Below, in pieces: positions 59,350 through 64,000 of a DNA stretch of 64,000 nucleotides (its first letter is position 1; every line of letters begins with the position of its first letter). The DNA is from Maricaulaceae bacterium (lineage in GTDB: Bacteria; Pseudomonadota; Alphaproteobacteria; Caulobacterales; Maricaulaceae). The translations under genes were made by a program, and so were the position numbers. The stretch is taken from NCBI GenBank assembly GCA_965183855.1, contig CBCYMI010000028.1:7701-71700 (forward strand), read 5' to 3'. The notes beneath the pieces were generated by a model. The model ran no database searches, was not told where the DNA came from, and saw only the letters and a list, made by a program, of their open reading frames with translations.

Positions 59350-59544
59350 TCAACCAACTCCCGAAAGACTTTTATTCGAATCATTTAAGGCTATTATGCC
59401 CTTATAATGTATAAAATTCAATTGTCAGTTACATAAATCGTATTCATACAAGATTATATTTCAAAATCTATACAAATTATTTTTAATGTATCCATCTTAA
59501 AAAACAGATTTTTCGAACATAAAATGGATTTAAAGATTAATCAA

Positions 59545-60744
59545 TCAAAAAAGCTTTTGATATTGATCAAGCGCAAAACGGTCTGTCATGCCTGCAATAT
59601 AATCACAAATTAATCTGGCTTTTTTCTCTTTTTTTTGTTCAAAACAGGAAAAAGGTAATAAGCCTGGTTCTTTGAAATATAAATGGAATAGTTTTGTAAT
59701 AATTCTCGATGCATAACTCATTCTTTGATTTACCTTATAGTGATGATACATATTCTGCTTTAGAAAATGCCTTAACAGGGATTGCTGTTTTAGACAGGGG
59801 GTTGAAAAGCGAACAATTGTCTCTTTATGACTGCGAATATCATTTATGGAACGAATCTTGAATTGTTTAATTTGTTGCTGTGTTTCTTGAATGACATCTC
59901 GAACCATATCCCCTATTAACTCACGAATAAGTTGATAAACCAAAAAAGGAAGATCCGAATATATAACAGAGCCAAAAACAGAATCTTTTTTAATTCTATC
60001 AGCATGCTGTTTAAGAAATCGATTAATTGCCTGTCTAACCATTGGCACTTGATCACATAATTGATGAATAGAAAATAAATTTGCTTGCAATCCATCATCA
60101 ATATCATGATTATTATAAGCAATATCGTCCGAAATGGCAGCAATTTGAGCTTCCATACTTGCATAATGGCTCAAATCAAGTGCTTTATAATGTTCATAAT
60201 CCTTAATTGCCCAAGCTAAATCCACATCATCATCTTTATTAGATAAAACAGGGCCATTATGTTTTACAATTCCTTCCAGACTTTCCCAGGTTAGATTTAA
60301 TCCATGAAATTCCATATAATGATGTTCCAGCCTGGTTACAATTCTCAATGTTTGCGCATTATGATCAAATCCACCATATTCTTGCATACAGGCTTGTAGA
60401 GTTTTTTCTCCAGAATGTCCGAAAGGAGGATGTCCTAAATCATGCGCTAGGGCAAGTGCTTCTGTTAAATCTTCATTGACTCCAAAAACACGGGCAAGTG
60501 TTCTTGCAATCTGCGCAACTTCCAGACTATGGGTTAATCGTGTTCGGTAATGATCTCCTTCATGTGAAATAAAAACCTGCGTTTTTCCTTTTAGCCGTCG
60601 AAACGCGGTTGAATGAATAATTCGATCTCGATCTCTTTGATATTCAGATCTATATTGGCTTTTTCTTTCCTTAAAGATTCTTCCTTTTGAATGTTCCGGA
60701 TCACAGGCATAGCTTTGCCAAACAGGATTTAAATACACAATCAT
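59545..60744 (-). CDS. dGTP triphosphohydrolase-like HD-domain protein
   Basis: Shows RDRDRIIHS.AFRRL, HSLEVAQIAR (the H of HD) and LAHDLGHPPFGH. ~400 aa. Confidence 0.85.
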   Translation of the reverse strand: MIVYLNPVWQSYACDPEHSKGRIFKERKSQYRSEYQRDRDRIIHSTAFRRLKGKTQVFISHEGDHYRTRLTHSLEVAQIARTLARVFGVNEDLTEALALAHDLGHPPFGHSGEKTLQACMQEYGGFDHNAQTLRIVTRLEHHYMEFHGLNLTWESLEGIVKHNGPVLSNKDDDVDLAWAIKDYEHYKALDLSHYASMEAQIAAISDDIAYNNHDIDDGLQANLFSIHQLCDQVPMVRQAINRFLKQHADRIKKDSVFGSVIYSDLPFLVYQLIRELIGDMVRDVIQETQQQIKQFKIRSINDIRSHKETIVRFSTPCLKQQSLLRHFLKQNMYHHYKVNQRMSYASRIITKLFHLYFKEPGLLPFSCFEQKKEKKARLICDYIAGMTDRFALDQYQKLF

Positions 60745-60922
60745 ACTCTTTATTTTTTTATTATTTTGACTATACTCATGCTCTGATTTATAATGATAAA
60801 ATCAGAGCTAAAGATATAGCTTACATCTATATTATGGAATATCAATAGGGTTGATATATGGATCTGTTATAAAAAGAATGGATTTTAAATTGATTCTATC
60901 TATTTTAAGAATATGAGTTTAA

Positions 60923-61258
60923 ATGAAGACACAGCATAAAATTACATTATCTGATTCTGCTGCCAGACGAATTAATATTGTTTTTCAGGAAAAAAACACA
61001 AAAGGCTATTTAAGAGTTCAAATTGATGGTGGCGGATGTAGCGGATTTCAATATAGCTTTAGTTTCACAGAGGAAAAACAAAAAGATGATTTGTTGATTG
61101 AAAACAATCGGGCTTATGTTTTAATCGATCCACTTTCCGCGGAATTAATGGAAGGATCAAATATTGATTATATTGAAGAGCTCATTGGATCAAGATTTGA
61201 AATTAATAATCCAAATGCAACAGCAAATTGCGGATGTGGAACCTCTTTTTCTCTTTAA
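60923..61258 (+). CDS. erpA: Iron-sulfur cluster insertion protein (HesB/IscA/ErpA family)
   Basis: Shows GGGCSGFQY and a C-terminal CGCGTSF. Confidence 0.85.
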   Translation: MKTQHKITLSDSAARRINIVFQEKNTKGYLRVQIDGGGCSGFQYSFSFTEEKQKDDLLIENNRAYVLIDPLSAELMEGSNIDYIEELIGSRFEINNPNATANCGCGTSFSL

Positions 61259-61312
61259 AGATCAAATATTTTATTCTATCATCCATTTTTTTCCTTAAAG
61301 AGAATTTCGAAA

Positions 61313-62113
61313 ATGATTAAATTGGCAAGCTGGAATGTAAACTCCGTCAGAGCAAGATTAAAAACAATAGAAAAAACACTTACAGAACTTAATCCTGATA
61401 TTATCTGTCTTCAGGAAATAAAATGTCAAGATGAAGCCTTTCCCTATGAAGCCTTTGAATCTCTTGGATATAATAGCGCTGTCTATGGACAAAAATCCTA
61501 TAATGGCGTGGCTATTTTATCAAAATATCCCTTTGAGGATATTCAAAAAGGCTTTCTGGATCATCACAATCAGACGGACGAACAGGCAAGATATCTCGAA
61601 ACAATCATTAGTATTGATCAAAAACCCTTCAGAATTGCCAGTATTTATGTTCCAAATGGCAATCCTGCCCCTGGGATAAAGTTTGACTATAAACTTGATT
61701 GGCTTCGTCAATTTTATCACCATGCAAAAACCTTATTATCCCATGAAGAAGCCTGTATTCTTGCTGGAGATTATAATATTATTCCAGAAAAAACCGATGT
61801 GTATAGCCCAGAAGACTGGCAGGAAGATGCCTTATTCAGACCTGAATCAAGAGCCATGTTCAGAGCTCTGAAATGGCTTGGATATACAGATGCATTTGAA
61901 GCTAAAATTAATCAGCCATATCAATATACTTTCTGGGATTATCAGGCAGGCGCGTTTAAAAAAAACAACGGGATTAGAATAGATCATATTCTGACTTCTC
62001 CCATCGCTGCGGATCTTTTGAAAACAGTAGAAATTCATAAAGCTGTACGAGGATATGAAAAACCTTCAGATCATGTTCCTATTAGCGCAGAATTTAAGGC
62101 AGAAACTGGGTAA
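61313..62113 (+). CDS. xthA: Exodeoxyribonuclease III
   Basis: Shows SWNVNS.RAR, CLQEIK, GDYNI and SDHVPI motifs. Confidence 0.9.
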   Translation: MIKLASWNVNSVRARLKTIEKTLTELNPDIICLQEIKCQDEAFPYEAFESLGYNSAVYGQKSYNGVAILSKYPFEDIQKGFLDHHNQTDEQARYLETIISIDQKPFRIASIYVPNGNPAPGIKFDYKLDWLRQFYHHAKTLLSHEEACILAGDYNIIPEKTDVYSPEDWQEDALFRPESRAMFRALKWLGYTDAFEAKINQPYQYTFWDYQAGAFKKNNGIRIDHILTSPIAADLLKTVEIHKAVRGYEKPSDHVPISAEFKAETG

Positions 62114-62532
62114 AAAAGAGAGCTAAAGACAGAAACTGGGTAAAATCTATATTTTTCAACTTATAGAATATTGTTTAAGGCTTTTTTTAATTGACCCAAC
62201 TTTAATCAGGAAATTTTTATTTCTTAAGTTTATTCATCCTTTAATTTTCATCTTAAGGATTAAATAAAGCGTTTATTTTTCTTCTCCTTTTCTAATAGAT
62301 TGCTTGTTTCTAGCCTATATGGCACTATGTTTGAGATAGAATTAAGATTGATTTAAAAATCTGGCTCTCTGATTTTAGATTCACTTTAATAAAAATCATA
62401 AAACTGGATTTTTCTTTGGTTCTCTTTATCCTTGTTTTCCTTTTGTTTAGAAGCAGAAATTCAGAGATTGCCTGTTTGAAAAATCGCTTTATTTTTCGCT
62501 TTTCTTCTTCCAGGCTAAACTGTTTGTAAAGC

Positions 62533-63894
62533 TTAATAACGTTCAAAAAAACGTAATAATTTGTGAATAATATCTGTTTTTTCTTTCTCAATTTTCCTGT
62601 TTTTATTGCCTGTTTGATCTGAAATCAAAGAGAAAATCGTTTTATCAAAAACATGCTCGATTCCTGTTTGCTGTTTGTGAGGATTCACGGTAAATAAAAT
62701 CTTTTGAATCATTGAGATTTCATCTGTTAATTTCTGCAAATGTTTTTTGGAAGAAAGCGGAATAAAATAGGAATAGGGTTCAAAAAAATGTGCCCTTTCA
62801 AATGCGATCAAGACAGATTGACGATAAAAAAGCACAAGCAATGATTTTCCACCCATTTGATGTTTTAACGCTGTTATACGTTCTATCCAATCTGGCGTTA
62901 ATAAATAACGTGCCTCTACCTGATCTGTGGTATATACATCATATGTTTCTTCAAATTTTACAGAAGACATGCCTGCACGCTCTAAATTTTTCCCCAAAAT
63001 TTGTTTCTGCCTAGGTTTGAACCATTTCGTGTTTTTTGCCAATATGGTTATGCCTGAAAATGATTTTTCAGTCTGTGTTTGTAAAACACACCCTCTAAAA
63101 AAGGTTCGACTTCCCTTTGTTTGTCTATAATGGATATATTTTTCAAGGTGAATATCACATAATGTAAAAGGAATATTGGATATTTCAGCATAAATATAAT
63201 CTTCAATTCCAAAACGATCTGGTTTTTCCACAAGACCAGAATTAAGAAGAAGACAGAAACTTTTGGGTAATCCTTCTATATAAAACTCTGAAGATTTTCT
63301 CATATAATCCAAATTATCACTGAATTTATAAAGCGTTTGGATATATTCCCAACCAATAAAATTCATGCTTGGTTTAACCAAATCCGATTTAAACGCTATC
63401 CTGATTCGATTTATAGACAGAGCATAAACAAATATAAACGCACTCAAAATAAGAATAAAAAGATATAAAATAGCTCTAACGAGCCTTAAATCCTCAGAAT
63501 GATAGTTAAAGACAAAAACAAAAACCGCAATTGAAACCGAAGCCAATAAAAACAAAAAAATAAGAGCCGCGTTAAAATAAAACTGTCTTTTAGCTTCTAT
63601 CCGAGCAAGTTTTGGTTGAATTTTATGATGATAATACTCGTCATAATAAATCATTATTTTCCCAAATCTGATTTTAATTTTTGTATTTAACTGCTTAGCA
63701 TATAAAAATACCCTTAAAACAAGATAAAAAATTAAATAGAATTTTTTAAATTCTCTCTCTTTTATACTTTTATTCTTACGCAATCTGCAAAAAAACATTA
63801 AAAAAAAACGAAACAAAGGGAAATTTTTATCATACACAAATAAGGAATAAAAAGCATCAAAAAGCTGAACAGATCTAAAAGCTGAATTCATCAC
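62533..63894 (-). CDS. DUF3137-like membrane protein
   Basis: The segment from the Met at 63654 (MIYYDEYYHHKIQPKLARIEAKRQ.., two TMs, then a ~300-aa domain) resembles DUF3137 proteins from memory. The 80 upstream codons of the tracked ORF may not be translated. Confidence 0.5.
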   Translation of the reverse strand: MMNSAFRSVQLFDAFYSLFVYDKNFPLFRFFLMFFCRLRKNKSIKEREFKKFYLIFYLVLRVFLYAKQLNTKIKIRFGKIMIYYDEYYHHKIQPKLARIEAKRQFYFNAALIFLFLLASVSIAVFVFVFNYHSEDLRLVRAILYLFILILSAFIFVYALSINRIRIAFKSDLVKPSMNFIGWEYIQTLYKFSDNLDYMRKSSEFYIEGLPKSFCLLLNSGLVEKPDRFGIEDYIYAEISNIPFTLCDIHLEKYIHYRQTKGSRTFFRGCVLQTQTEKSFSGITILAKNTKWFKPRQKQILGKNLERAGMSSVKFEETYDVYTTDQVEARYLLTPDWIERITALKHQMGGKSLLVLFYRQSVLIAFERAHFFEPYSYFIPLSSKKHLQKLTDEISMIQKILFTVNPHKQQTGIEHVFDKTIFSLISDQTGNKNRKIEKEKTDIIHKLLRFFERY

Positions 63895-64000
63895 AGAACC
63901 CCCTCTTTTTCTTAAAAGATACTTATTTTAAAAAGAGAGCTATCTAAATCAGGCTTAGCTGGTTTGAGTGCCAAGATCGCTATTTTCCTAAATTTAAAAA

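Noticed and set aside
62325-62591. ORF 62325..62591 (-), K-rich 88 aa
   Set aside because: It overlaps the 3' end of the DUF3137-like gene, has a low-complexity lysine-rich product from AT-rich DNA, and has no start context.

Overview
AT-rich (roughly one-third GC by eye) bacterial chromosome segment. It is most likely alphaproteobacterial: MipZ next to panC, clpS-clpA, mreC-mreD-mrdA, and a tRNA-His with no encoded G-1 plus G1-U72/A73. Content in order: (1) 1-6.5 kb, a decayed prophage end (portal-like gene, frameshifted tail-fibre-like gene, M15-type endolysin, holin-like genes). (2) Housekeeping genes: phhA, an AsmA-family gene, an M48 peptidase, tRNA-His, an enteric-style trpL-trpE-G-D-C(F)-B-A operon with a Trp-Trp leader peptide and attenuator, rodA, clpSA, a DD-carboxypeptidase, mipZ, panC, exbBD, mrdA/mreDC, a dGTPase-like gene, erpA and xthA. 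(3) Several genes broken by 1-nt indels: trpE, a TonB-dependent receptor, a glycosyltransferase, vapC and the tail fibre gene. (4) A very abundant modular REP-like repeat family, all in one orientation and often in long tandem arrays with 78-, 83- and 91-bp periods. A separate 39-bp array lies upstream of the trp operon. (5) The main finding is a dispersed multi-copy system on the minus strand (30.3-31.0, 41.1-47.7, 53.3-54.0 and 55.1-57.9 kb). Eight small genes share an almost invariant promoter, RBS and 28-aa double-glycine leader, MTDLALTIPANPGIRELTDIEIDQVEGG. These are fused to four unrelated core peptides. They are accompanied by small two-TM immunity-like genes (one decayed, one tandemly fused), a duplicated membrane-anchored HExxH protein, a CPBP/Abi protease and a secreted alpha/beta hydrolase. 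No C39-ABC exporter is visible in the window. All family assignments come from motifs read by eye and remembered family features, not from searches.
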